A DNA stretch of 64,000 nt from Nitrospirota bacterium (GTDB lineage: Bacteria; Nitrospirota; UBA9217), in contig CAWIYV010000007.1 in the NCBI GenBank assembly GCA_963840455.1, positions 160,001 through 224,000 of the forward strand, in the 5' to 3' direction. Under the pieces are notes generated by a model that saw only the letters and a program-made list of their open reading frames with translations, was not told the origin of the DNA and ran no database searches. Position numbers and translations under genes: made by a program. Shown here one piece after another: positions 19,134-28,582 of this stretch (positions are counted from its first letter, which is position 1; the number at the start of each line of letters is the position of its first letter).

Positions 19134-20588
19134 ATGGTGACTTCGCTACAAGAATTCCTGCGGCAGCTGCTGCCGCTCTATCCCGAGCTGGTGGTCATCA
19201 CCATCGCCCTCACCGTGCTGCTGCTGGATTTCTTCGTGGACCGGCGGAGCAAGGCGATCCTGGGGTGGTACAGCCTGATCGGAATCGTCATCGCCGCTTC
19301 GATGACCGTGAAGCTGATGGGGACCACCGGATCGTTCTTCGGCGGGACCTTCCTGCTCGACCCGTTCTCCACGTATTTCAAACTGGCCTTCTATGTTGCC
19401 TGCGGTCTCGGGATCCTGGTCTCGATGAAGTACCTGGACATCGAGAATATCCACCGCGGCGAGTATTACGCCCTGATGCTGTTCGCCACGTGCGGCATGA
19501 TGCTCATGGCGTCGGCTGGGGACCTCATCACGCTGTACCTGGGTCTGGAGCTCATGGCCCTGTCCATCTATGTCCTGGCCGGGTTCATGCGCAGCGACAG
19601 CCGGTCCAACGAAGCAGGCATCAAGTATCTTCTGCTGGGCGCCTTCTCATCGGGCATCATGGTGTACGGCATGTCGCTCCTGTACGGCATGTCGGGCACG
19701 ACGAACCTGAATGGCATCCTGGCGTCCCTGCGCGGTGCGGACCTCGCGAATCCCGTGCTGTTCCTCGCCTCGGTCATGCTGATCGTCAGCTTCGGCTTCA
19801 AGGTGGCTGCAGTGCCTTTCCATATGTGGGTCCCCGACGTCTATGAGGGAGCGCCCACGTCGGTCACGGCCTTCATGTCGGCAGGCCCCAAGGTCGCCGG
19901 GTTCGCGGTGCTGCTCCGCATGTTCGCCCATACGCTCCAGCCGCTCCATGCAGACACCTCGATCATTCTCGCCGGCCTTGCCGTGATGACCATGGCTGTC
20001 GGCAATATTCTGGCCATCGCCCAGACCAATATCAAGCGTATGCTGGCCTATTCCTCCATCGCCCATGCCGGGTATGCCCTCGTCGGCCTTGCTGCTGGGG
20101 GGCCAGACGGCGCGGCCAGCGTAATGCTCTATGTCCTGATCTATGCAGTCATGAACATGGGGGCCTTCGGTGTCGTCATCATGCTCCGGAGGTCCGGCGC
20201 GCGTGGCGAGGAGATCGCGGACTTCGCAGGCCTGGGAAAGACCAACAAGACCGCGGCGTTCCTCATGCTCATCTTCCTGTTCTCGCTCACCGGCATACCG
20301 CCTATGGCAGGATTCGTCGGCAAGTTCTACATCTTCAAATCCGCGGTCCAGGCCGGCATGATCTGGCTTGCGGTCGTGGGCGTCCTGTTCTCGGCCATCA
20401 GCGCCTATTTCTACCTCAGGGTCATCATGCTCATGTACATGTACGAGCCCAAGCAGGAGTTCAGCCTCGTACAGTCACCTGCACTGGCTCTGGCGTTGGC
20501 CATCTCGGTAACTGGCGTGCTGGTCATCGGCGTATATCCTTCAGCTGTGCTCGACTTCGCAAAGGCCTCCATCGTCGGGATCTTGTAG
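19134..20588 (+). CDS. nuoN: NADH-quinone oxidoreductase subunit N
   Basis: YLGLELMALSIYVL, FKVAAVPFHMWVPDVYEGAPT, KRMLAYSSIAHAGY. Confidence 0.96.
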   Translation: MVTSLQEFLRQLLPLYPELVVITIALTVLLLDFFVDRRSKAILGWYSLIGIVIAASMTVKLMGTTGSFFGGTFLLDPFSTYFKLAFYVACGLGILVSMKYLDIENIHRGEYYALMLFATCGMMLMASAGDLITLYLGLELMALSIYVLAGFMRSDSRSNEAGIKYLLLGAFSSGIMVYGMSLLYGMSGTTNLNGILASLRGADLANPVLFLASVMLIVSFGFKVAAVPFHMWVPDVYEGAPTSVTAFMSAGPKVAGFAVLLRMFAHTLQPLHADTSIILAGLAVMTMAVGNILAIAQTNIKRMLAYSSIAHAGYALVGLAAGGPDGAASVMLYVLIYAVMNMGAFGVVIMLRRSGARGEEIADFAGLGKTNKTAAFLMLIFLFSLTGIPPMAGFVGKFYIFKSAVQAGMIWLAVVGVLFSAISAYFYLRVIMLMYMYEPKQEFSLVQSPALALALAISVTGVLVIGVYPSAVLDFAKASIVGIL

Positions 20589-20627
20589 GGCGGGGTCAAG
20601 CGGGGTCCGGTAAGGCACTCTCACGAG

Positions 20628-20666
20628 AAGGGGGCAGGCGAATAGCCTGGCCCCTTTTTATTTTTT
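20628..20666 (+). terminator. Intrinsic terminator of the nuo operon
   Basis: AAGGGGGCAGGC-GAATA-GCCTGGCCCCTTTTTATTTTTT. Confidence 0.8.
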
Positions 20667-20751
20667 CCGGTTGTCGCGGGAGTGCTGTTCCTGTTGCGCT
20701 CTATGATGTTCCTCATACCATCATGCTTTTCCCGGTGCTATACTCTCAGTT

Positions 20752-21453
20752 ATGAAGCCTGAAGGAAAAGGGTATATCCTCAAGGAATACGGCTCCTGGA
20801 GCGTGCTGACCGTCGCGTTCCTCATCGGCTTGGGCGTGAGCCGCGCGATCCCCTGGCAGGCCCTGCCACTGTACGCCGCCCTCGCCCTCCTGATCAATTC
20901 CAAGCAGGCATACATGAAGTGGACGCGACAGCCGTTGGAGCGGAAGCATCTCGGCGTCTTTCTCGGGCAGGTCGCGGCAGCGTCCGTGATACTGTTCGCG
21001 CTTTTCTCCGGGAACCTGTCACAGGTCCTCCCGCTCCTCATCGTTCCCGCGGCCTACCTGCTGATGAACCGGTATGCCGGCGAACACCATATCCTAACTG
21101 AGCTTCTCGGTTTCGCGCTCCTGAGCCTTGCGGCGGTCCTGGCAAAGTTCCTGGTCGTGCAGGGCGTCGATGTCAGGCTCTTCGCGGCAACGGCCCTGTA
21201 CTTTACCTCCGGGGTGTTCAAGGTAAAGGCCGTGCTGCTGAGGAAGATGCGGGACCGGGTTTTGACGGTGCTTTACGTGTTTTTTGCAGCTTACGTCTAT
21301 CGGCGGTTCGTGATCTCTCTCCTCGTGCTCCTGCCGCTGGCGGAAAATATTGCCATGGCGATCTTCCTTTACAAGGTCCGGCTCCAGACCACAGGCTGGA
21401 TCGAGGTCGCCAAGAGCCTGGCCTTCCTGGCGCTCATGATCTGGAGATTCTAA
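20752..21453 (+). CDS. YwiC-like membrane protein
   Basis: N-terminal LKEYGSW (cf. PxQHGAW), about 8 TM helices, C-terminal GWIE. Confidence 0.65.
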   Translation: MKPEGKGYILKEYGSWSVLTVAFLIGLGVSRAIPWQALPLYAALALLINSKQAYMKWTRQPLERKHLGVFLGQVAAASVILFALFSGNLSQVLPLLIVPAAYLLMNRYAGEHHILTELLGFALLSLAAVLAKFLVVQGVDVRLFAATALYFTSGVFKVKAVLLRKMRDRVLTVLYVFFAAYVYRRFVISLLVLLPLAENIAMAIFLYKVRLQTTGWIEVAKSLAFLALMIWRF

Positions 21454-21544
21454 CCCCACTTCTCCCTTTGATCAGCGCCAAAGAACAGTTGTTGACCCTC
21501 TTCCTGCGTTAGCTCTCAGAACAATTACTATGATTATGTGACAG

Positions 21545-21586
21545 CTGAATCCAGGAACGGGCGCGTTCTCGTAGCTTGCTGCGGGG
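21545..21586. repeat. 42-bp dispersed repeat, copy 1 (hairpin end resembling a MITE or IS200/IS605 terminus)
   Basis: 35/42 identical to 51123..51164; all 7 mismatches are transitions. Confidence 0.65.
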
Positions 21587-21657
21587 GCAGCGAACGATTA
21601 GAATTAAAATTACAGCCATGAGGATCGAAGCTTCCCTGCAGCGTGCAGCAGGGAGCA

Positions 21658-22065
21658 TCAATAAGGCGGAATAGCTTCCCCGATCGGCTCGGGCGGGCGG
21701 TATTCCACGGGCTCGCGTTTCAATTTAACGACCGGACAGCGCAAGCGAAGTCTCTCCATTGTTGACCGGATGTCCGCATTCGAGGGATCGAGCCTCAAGG
21801 CGAGACGGTACTGCGCCAGCGCCTTCACGACAAAGCCACGTTCCGCGAACAGGTCTGCTGCGAGAAGGTATTCCCGTATCGCCTCGTCCTTCCGATTGAG
21901 CTTTTGCCTGACATCGCCGATCCGCACCCTGATGAGCGGGTCCTGATGGATCGCAAAGAGCTTTTCCATTTCTGTGATGGCCGCCTTCCAGTTTGCTTTG
22001 TTGAGATGTTCCTGTACTTTCTCAGCAATGATCGTTCTTATCGATACCAAGGGTAGCCTCCTCAA
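21658..22065 (-). CDS. Small TPR-like protein
   Basis: Helical repeats (RVRIGDVRQKL..KDEAIREY; KALAQYRLALRLDPSN). Start uncertain. Confidence 0.6.
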   Translation of the reverse strand: MRRLPLVSIRTIIAEKVQEHLNKANWKAAITEMEKLFAIHQDPLIRVRIGDVRQKLNRKDEAIREYLLAADLFAERGFVVKALAQYRLALRLDPSNADIRSTMERLRLRCPVVKLKREPVEYRPPEPIGEAIPPY

Positions 22066-22628
22066 AACAGGAATTTATCAGAACCGGTCCGGACCATGCA
22101 TTGCGCTCCGAAGGGTGGAGCGGGATTGGATATGAGCTAATTGCTAAGTTCATGAGCGAAATGAGTTATCCCGGCCCCCTGGTTCCAACGACCATCACCT
22201 TCACCGGCGTATTTCCCATCAGCTGCTGGTCTTGACCTTGTTCCCTCCGTGGAATTGCTGAGCATGATTGAGAGTACACGGACGACGTTCTTCGTCGATT
22301 ACGGAATACAGCACAAATTATATCTGACAATTAAAAACTGTAAGATCGGCGAAGGGGAGGGTGAACGTACGATGCACCGCAAGCATCAATGCTTGCTGTC
22401 GTCAGCACAACGGAGGATCGCACCAGTCGTAACAATACGCGCCTGGAGCAGAGTGGCGGTTCAGGGGTTCTTTGTTCGTAATCCAGACAGACCACCCGGT
22501 TTGCCGCATCAATTCTCGAATACCGGTGTTCGTACGTCCGCTGAGTGCCATCACCCCGTGTCTACCTTACATCGCATAAGTCATTTTGCTCTTGAAGGTG
22601 GTACAATAATTACAGGGAGGGGTTATTG

Positions 22629-24371
22629 ATGACAGTAAAGTCACCAGATACGCGGCTTTCTGTGAACGCCCTGACCGTTCTTGCCCGGCGGTACCTCAAA
22701 AAGGACGAGGGAGGGAAGGTCGTCGAGACGCCGGCTGAGATGTTCCGCAGGGTGGCCAACAATATCGCCCAGGCGGACCTCCTGTACGGTCATGCCGATG
22801 CCCGCAGGACCGAGGAGGAGTTCTTCAATGTTCTGTCAAACCTCGAGTTCCTGCCCAATTCCCCGACACTCATGAACGCCGGACGGCCGCTGCAGCAGCT
22901 TGCCGCGTGCTTTGTCCTTCCTATTGAGGATTCCCTCGAGTCCATCTTTGACGCTGTCAAGGAAACGGCGATCATTCACCAAAGCGGCGGGGGAACCGGA
23001 TTTTCCTTCAGTCATCTCAGGCCCAAGGACGATCTGGTGCGAACGACGAGCGGGACGGCCAGCGGCCCGGTGTCATTCATGAAGGTCTTCAACGCTGCCA
23101 CGGAGGCGATCAAGCAGGGGGGCACACGGCGGGGCGCCAACATGGGGGTCTTGCGTGTGGACCACCCGGACATCCTTGAGTTCATCGCGGCGAAGTCCGA
23201 TAACCGGGAATTGCAGAACTTTAACATATCGGTGGCCGTGACCGAGGAATTCATTGCTGCCGTGGAGCAGGACGGCGAACATTCACTGGTCAATCCCCAC
23301 AACCGGCAGGTCGTACGCACGCTGAAGGCCCGTGACGTGTTCGACCGAATCGTAGAGATGGCCTGGAAGACCGGAGATCCGGGTGTGATCTTCATTGACC
23401 GCATCAACCGGGACAATCCTACACCACACATCGGAGAGATGGAAAGCACCAACCCCTGCGGTGAACAGCCGCTCCTACCCTATGAACCCTGTAATCTCGG
23501 TTCGATCAATCTTTCTCCCATGCTCGAGGGATCGAACGGCACGTATACGATCAACTGGAAAAAACTTGAGAAAACCGTCCGAGCGGGTGTCCATTTCCTC
23601 GACAATGTCATTGATATGGGCCGTTATCCGCTTGACCAGATCGACCGCATGGCCAAGGGGAACCGGAAGATCGGCCTCGGCGTCATGGGGTTCGCGGATC
23701 TGCTCATCCGCCTCGGCATTCCCTATGACTCCGAGGAGGGGGTCCGGACAGGCGAACAGATCATGCAGTTCGTGCAGAAACACGGGCATGAGGCCTCCGT
23801 AAGGATTGCGGAGGAGCGCGGTGTGTTCCCGAACTTTCCGAGCAGCAGGTATGACCGGTCCGGCGGGACGAAGGTTCGGAATGCCACGGTCACGACGATC
23901 GCACCGACCGGCACCCTGTCCATCCTTGCCGATTGCTCCAGCGGCATCGAGCCGCTGTTCGCATTGTCTTTCACGCGCCACGTGCTGGGCGACGTCGACC
24001 TTCCGGAGATCAGCGGTCATTTCCTGGAGATCGCAAAAGAGAGGGGTTTCCTGAGCAGCGACGTCCTGATGCGCATCACGGCCGGTACGCCGCTCGGTCA
24101 GGTTCCCGGGGTTCCTGAGGACGTGAAGCGGGTCTTCGTCACGACTTTCGACATTGCGCCGGAATGGCACGTACGTATGCAGGCCGCTTTCCAGCGGCAC
24201 ACGGACAACGCTGTCTCCAAGACCATCAATTTCCCGCCCCAGGCAACCCTAGACGACGTGCGGAAGGCATTCCTGCTGGCCTACCGGGAAGGAGTAAAGG
24301 GAATCACGGTCTTCCGGAGCGGCAGTAAGGGCGGACAGGTCCTCACCTGCGGCGACCCGATGTATTGCTGA
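22629..24371 (+). CDS. nrdJ: Class II (adenosylcobalamin-dependent) ribonucleotide reductase, short form
   Basis: FLPNSPTLMNAG, LAACF, GGGTG, RRGANM, STNPCGEQPL..CNLGSINL, TIAPTGT, VSKTIN, KGITVFRSGS; no ATP cone; C-terminal CGDPMYC. Confidence 0.92.
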   Translation: MTVKSPDTRLSVNALTVLARRYLKKDEGGKVVETPAEMFRRVANNIAQADLLYGHADARRTEEEFFNVLSNLEFLPNSPTLMNAGRPLQQLAACFVLPIEDSLESIFDAVKETAIIHQSGGGTGFSFSHLRPKDDLVRTTSGTASGPVSFMKVFNAATEAIKQGGTRRGANMGVLRVDHPDILEFIAAKSDNRELQNFNISVAVTEEFIAAVEQDGEHSLVNPHNRQVVRTLKARDVFDRIVEMAWKTGDPGVIFIDRINRDNPTPHIGEMESTNPCGEQPLLPYEPCNLGSINLSPMLEGSNGTYTINWKKLEKTVRAGVHFLDNVIDMGRYPLDQIDRMAKGNRKIGLGVMGFADLLIRLGIPYDSEEGVRTGEQIMQFVQKHGHEASVRIAEERGVFPNFPSSRYDRSGGTKVRNATVTTIAPTGTLSILADCSSGIEPLFALSFTRHVLGDVDLPEISGHFLEIAKERGFLSSDVLMRITAGTPLGQVPGVPEDVKRVFVTTFDIAPEWHVRMQAAFQRHTDNAVSKTINFPPQATLDDVRKAFLLAYREGVKGITVFRSGSKGGQVLTCGDPMYC

Positions 24372-24430
24372 CGGGACGGATCGCGAAGGCAGGGTTGACA
24401 GAACGAGGTGGGTGGGATAGAGTCTTCACG

Positions 24431-25066
24431 ATGAATACCCATGAGTTCATCCAGACCTTTCCGGCGTTCCGGAGCAGCTCCGATACGATGCTCAATGAGC
24501 TCCTCACCGCCGGCAGGCGGCAGCTGATCCCGGCCGGCAAGCAGATCTACCACGAAGGGGACGCCTGCAGCTCCATCGCGTTCGTCCTGGCCGGCGAGAT
24601 CCGCGTGTACAAGATCGGACAGACGGGACGAGAGATAACGCTGTACGAGATCGGTCCCGGGGAGACCTGCATCCTGAATGCCTCGTGCATCCTGGCAGGC
24701 CAGAGCTATCCCGCTCATGCTGTCGCCGTTACCGATACGGACCTGCTGCTTGTTCCATCGACAGAATTCCGCAAGCTGGTCTCAGATCACGAAGCAATGC
24801 GCGAATTCGTGTTCACCCTTCTGAGCCGCCGGCTTTCAGGCGTCATGGAACTGGTGGAGGAGGTTGCCTTCGGCAGGATGGACGAACGCCTGGCGGATTA
24901 CCTCGTGGAAAGGTCCGCTGACAACAGGCTCGAGACCACCCATCAGAAGATCGCCAATGACCTAGGCACCTCGCGGGAGGTGGTAAGCAGGCTGCTGAAG
25001 GACCTGGAGCGGAAGGGAAAAGTGAGGCTCTCGCGGAACGAGATCATCATGCTGTCCGGCGGTTGA
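24431..25066 (+). CDS. Crp/Fnr-family transcription regulator
   Basis: cNMP-like domain (GREITLY..GPGETC) and HTH THQKIANDLGTSREVVSRLLK; preceded by TTGACA-17-TAGAGT at 24395..24423. Confidence 0.9.
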   Translation: MNTHEFIQTFPAFRSSSDTMLNELLTAGRRQLIPAGKQIYHEGDACSSIAFVLAGEIRVYKIGQTGREITLYEIGPGETCILNASCILAGQSYPAHAVAVTDTDLLLVPSTEFRKLVSDHEAMREFVFTLLSRRLSGVMELVEEVAFGRMDERLADYLVERSADNRLETTHQKIANDLGTSREVVSRLLKDLERKGKVRLSRNEIIMLSGG

Positions 25067-25108
25067 CATTGAGGCTTGGTTCGTTGGTGTGACCGCAATG
25101 GAATGAAC

Positions 25109-25143
25109 AAGCGCGCCGAAGAGAACGGCGCGCTTTCCCTTTG
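25109..25143 (+). terminator. Intrinsic terminator after the Crp/Fnr gene
   Basis: AAGCGCGCCG-AAGAGAA-CGGCGCGCTT-TCCCTTT. Confidence 0.65.
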
Positions 25144-25309
25144 ATCACGTTGTTCGGATGTCGTTAATCCAGATCGCTGGTCTTCTTGCCCTTCCGGTGA
25201 CAGTTGAGGCAGGGGCGTACCGGGGGGATTCTCCTTCCATATTTTTAATTTCGCGGAAAATTCGTACGCTGCTCCGCCTTTGCCTTGAAGACCACCCCGG
25301 AAAATCCAC

Positions 25310-25369
25310 TTGACAGACCCGTTGAAAACAGCAACAATAGCGTCGATCCTGCACGGCAATACATTTCCG
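25310..25369 (+). promoter_or_regulatory. sigma70 promoter plus putative NrpR operator (site 1)
   Basis: TTGACA-17-AACAAT, then CGGCAATACATTTCCG at 25354..25369. Confidence 0.6.
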
Positions 25370-25379
25370 ACTATACAGC

Positions 25380-26660
25380 ATGACGAACGGCAAACCATCA
25401 CCGAAGAGCACTATCTCTTCGGGTATCGAAAGTCTCGACATCCTAATCGATGGTTTTTCCATCGGGGACAACGTGGTCTGGGAAATCGAGGCCGGATCGT
25501 CATCGGATGTGTTCATTCGAAGCTTCATCGCCCGCTCGTTCCGAGACGAGCAGAAGGTCATCTACGTCAGTTTCAACCGGTCTCCGCAGACGGTCCTCCA
25601 GGGGCTGGGGGCGATCGTGTCGCCCGACCACTTCACGCTCATTGACTGCTTCACCGCTGGCAAAGGGAAGAACGACAGCACCTTTGTGAAGTTCTATGAG
25701 AAAAAATATCCTGCCGCTGTCGTTAAGATCGAGGAACCGCGGAACATCGAGCGGTTCACGTCCACGCTGAATGCCATCGAGGACAAGCTTCCCCCGGGCG
25801 CGCGGTATGTCTTTGACAGCCTCACCGGGATGCAGGACCTGTGGGGTGACGAGAACGAGACCCACCGGTTCTTCACCTATATGTGCCCTCGGCTCTACGA
25901 CCTGGGAACGGTCGCCTACTGGATCCTGGAAAAGGAAGCACACAGCCCGCGGTTCAAGGCCAACCTCCGCCATATCACCCAGGTCGTTTTCGATCTCTCC
26001 AGGCGGAAGAACAATCTTTTCTTGAAGGCACTGAAGCTGGAAGGTCGTCAGGAACGGGAGGTGTTCAAGCCGCACCCATTCGACATTCGGGGGGAGACCA
26101 TAACGATCGCCCCGCTCAAGAAAGAACCTGCCTCGGATATTGGCGGAAAGCTGAAAGAGGTCCGACTCCGGACAGGCATGAGCCAGAAGGAACTGGCCGA
26201 CAAGGTGGGCTTCACACCGAGCTTTCTATCGCAGCTGGAGAGCAACCAGGTCAGTCCGTCCCTCGGGACGTTCATGCAGATCTGCAAGGCCCTCGGCGTC
26301 AATCCCGGCCAGTTCCTGGAACCCGGGGAGCCGGAATCGAAGCCCTGGCTGGAAAAAAGGGAGATGATCCGTTCCCGTGCTGCGGTGCACGAAGATGCTG
26401 CCAGGGTGTACGCCGTGACCTCGGGAGAAAAATATTCGGTACGGATCGTGGTGGTGCCGCCTGGTGCTGCTATGAAACGGCATTTCTTTAATCAAAAGAA
26501 GGAAGAACTGGTTTATATTTTGAAAGGTGATCTTTCCGTGACGATCGGGGGCAAGGAGGCGCGGATAAGCGCTGGTGATGTTCTGCATCTGAAGGAATCA
26601 TTCCCCTCGCACTGGAAGAACGAAGGAGGTGATGATGCTGAGTTGCTGGTACTATGGTAG
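25380..26660 (+). CDS. RecA/KaiC-like domain + XRE HTH + cupin regulator
   Basis: SSGIESLDILIDG, VIYVSF, YVFDSLT (RecA fold, Walker A absent); GMSQKELADKVGFTPSFLSQLESNQVSPS (XRE); EELVYILKG...AGDVL (cupin). Confidence 0.8.
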   Translation: MTNGKPSPKSTISSGIESLDILIDGFSIGDNVVWEIEAGSSSDVFIRSFIARSFRDEQKVIYVSFNRSPQTVLQGLGAIVSPDHFTLIDCFTAGKGKNDSTFVKFYEKKYPAAVVKIEEPRNIERFTSTLNAIEDKLPPGARYVFDSLTGMQDLWGDENETHRFFTYMCPRLYDLGTVAYWILEKEAHSPRFKANLRHITQVVFDLSRRKNNLFLKALKLEGRQEREVFKPHPFDIRGETITIAPLKKEPASDIGGKLKEVRLRTGMSQKELADKVGFTPSFLSQLESNQVSPSLGTFMQICKALGVNPGQFLEPGEPESKPWLEKREMIRSRAAVHEDAARVYAVTSGEKYSVRIVVVPPGAAMKRHFFNQKKEELVYILKGDLSVTIGGKEARISAGDVLHLKESFPSHWKNEGGDDAELLVLW

Positions 26661-26840
26661 GTTTTGACGTACTGTTGAGTGCGAGGATGAGGATTTTTTT
26701 TGCCTTGTTGGTAAAGTATAGCTTAATACATCGGTGGAAAAATAAGCAGCACTAAAGTGGCTTGGGCAGGAAAACAATAACATCACCCTCTAAAGTAACA
26801 GGAGTAGGGGCCGTCAAAAAAAATAAAAAAGGAGAGAATC

Positions 26841-28433
26841 ATGAACCTACAGCAACCGAATGCGAACGATGCTACCAGAACAGCCAATCGATCGAGGAAT
26901 GTTTCACCCATGAGCGGTCTGTGCACGCGCTGCGTCGACGGATGCCGAGGGAACTGCGAGGTCTTCAAGGCGACATTCCGGGGGCGGGAGCTGCTCTATC
27001 CGGGACCGTTCGGCAGCATTACCGCCGGCGGCGACAAGAACTACCCCATCGACTATTCGCACCTCAACATTCATGGGTATGCGCTGGGAGCCAAGGGGCT
27101 TCCCGCAGGGCAGGTGGGCGACCCGGATACGGCGCGGTTCCCGAATGTCAACACCGAGACGAGCTATGGCTGGGACAAAAAAGTGAAGATGCAGGTGCCG
27201 ATCTTTACCGGCGCCCTCGGGTCCACCGAGATCGCCCGCAAGAACTGGGAGCACTTTGCGATCGGCGCGGCCATATCGGGGGTCACCATCGTCTGCGGCG
27301 AGAACGTGTGCGGCATCGATCCCGAGCTGGAGCTGAGCAGCAGCAAGAAGGTCAAGAAGGCCCCGGACATGGACCGCCGCATCGAGACCTACAAGAAATA
27401 CCACCAGGGTTACGGAGAGATCCTCGTGCAGATGAACGTCGAGGACACGCGGCTGGGGGTTGCCGAGTACATCAGCCACAAACACAAGCTCGAGACCATC
27501 GAATTGAAGTGGGGCCAGGGCGCAAAGTGCATCGGCGGCGAGATCAAGGTGAACTCGATCGAGCGCGCTCTGGAACTGCAGAAGCGCGGCTACATCGTTA
27601 CGCCGGACCCGTCAGATCCCGTGGTCGAGGCCGCTTTCAAAGAAAGGGCGATCAAGGAGTTCGAGCGCCACAGCCGCCTCGGCTTCATCGGTGAACAGGA
27701 GTTCTACGCCGAGGTCAACAGATTGCGGAAACTCGGGTTCAAGCGGATCACGCTGAAGACCGGAGCCTACGGCCTGCGCGAGCTGGCCATGGCCATCAAA
27801 TGGAGCTCAAGGGCCAAGATCGATCTCCTGACGATCGACGGCGCTCCGGGAGGCACCGGGATGAGCCCCTGGCGCATGATGGAGGAGTGGGGCATGCCGT
27901 CCCTCTATCTGCATGCTGCGGCCTATGAGTTCGCCAAGAAGCTGTCCGACAAGGGAGAGCGCGTTCCGGACATCGCCTTTGCCGGCGGATTCAGCAGCGA
28001 GGACGGCGTGTTCAAGGCACTGGCCATGGGAGCTCCCTTCGTGAAGGCCATCTGCATGGGCCGCGCGCTCATGATCCCGGGCATGGTCGGCAAGAACATC
28101 GATCAGTGGATCAAGGACAATGATCTCCCGAAGACAGTAAGCGAGTTCGGCAGCACGGTCGACGAGATCTTCGTGAACTATGAAGACGTAAAGAAACTGG
28201 TCGGGAACAAGGAGATTCAGAACATCCCGCTCGGCGCGATCGGTATATTCAGCTATTCTCAGAAGATCAAAGTGGGCCTGCAGCAGCTGATGGCGGGCGC
28301 CCGGTGCTTCAACGTGGATGCGATAACGAGGAACGAGCTTATGTCCCTCACCGAGGAGTGCAGCAAGGTCACGGGGATCCCCTATCTCATGGATTCCTAC
28401 CGCGAGGAGGCGATGAAGATCATCAATTCCTGA
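26841..28433 (+). CDS. FMN-binding glutamate synthase family protein (stand-alone), paralogue 1
   Basis: N-terminal CTRCVDGCRGNC; ELKWGQGAK, DGAPGGTGMSP, FAGGF, KALAMGA..MGRA. Confidence 0.85.
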   Translation: MNLQQPNANDATRTANRSRNVSPMSGLCTRCVDGCRGNCEVFKATFRGRELLYPGPFGSITAGGDKNYPIDYSHLNIHGYALGAKGLPAGQVGDPDTARFPNVNTETSYGWDKKVKMQVPIFTGALGSTEIARKNWEHFAIGAAISGVTIVCGENVCGIDPELELSSSKKVKKAPDMDRRIETYKKYHQGYGEILVQMNVEDTRLGVAEYISHKHKLETIELKWGQGAKCIGGEIKVNSIERALELQKRGYIVTPDPSDPVVEAAFKERAIKEFERHSRLGFIGEQEFYAEVNRLRKLGFKRITLKTGAYGLRELAMAIKWSSRAKIDLLTIDGAPGGTGMSPWRMMEEWGMPSLYLHAAAYEFAKKLSDKGERVPDIAFAGGFSSEDGVFKALAMGAPFVKAICMGRALMIPGMVGKNIDQWIKDNDLPKTVSEFGSTVDEIFVNYEDVKKLVGNKEIQNIPLGAIGIFSYSQKIKVGLQQLMAGARCFNVDAITRNELMSLTEECSKVTGIPYLMDSYREEAMKIINS

Positions 28434-28582
28434 TGTGCTCATTGTCTCATCAGGTGGAGGTGGGTCGGACGGCAGGGTCTCCGTCTGCGGTCGGAGCCCT
28501 GCCATTTCCGCCTATCTGATTAATAATGCTGAATTCGAGGAGTGAAGAATCACCATCGCTTAATTCATAAGGAGATACGATT

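Noticed and set aside
22066-22628. ORF 22249..22629 or a cobalamin riboswitch upstream of nrdJ
   Set aside because: The ORF has no recognisable motifs or RBS, and no B12-box was seen. Treated as intergenic.
24366-24400. Possible selenocysteine read-through of the nrdJ TGC-TGA end (selA/selB are nearby)
   Set aside because: No convincing SECIS hairpin follows, a second TGA comes 9 codons later, and the region is occupied by the crp promoter.
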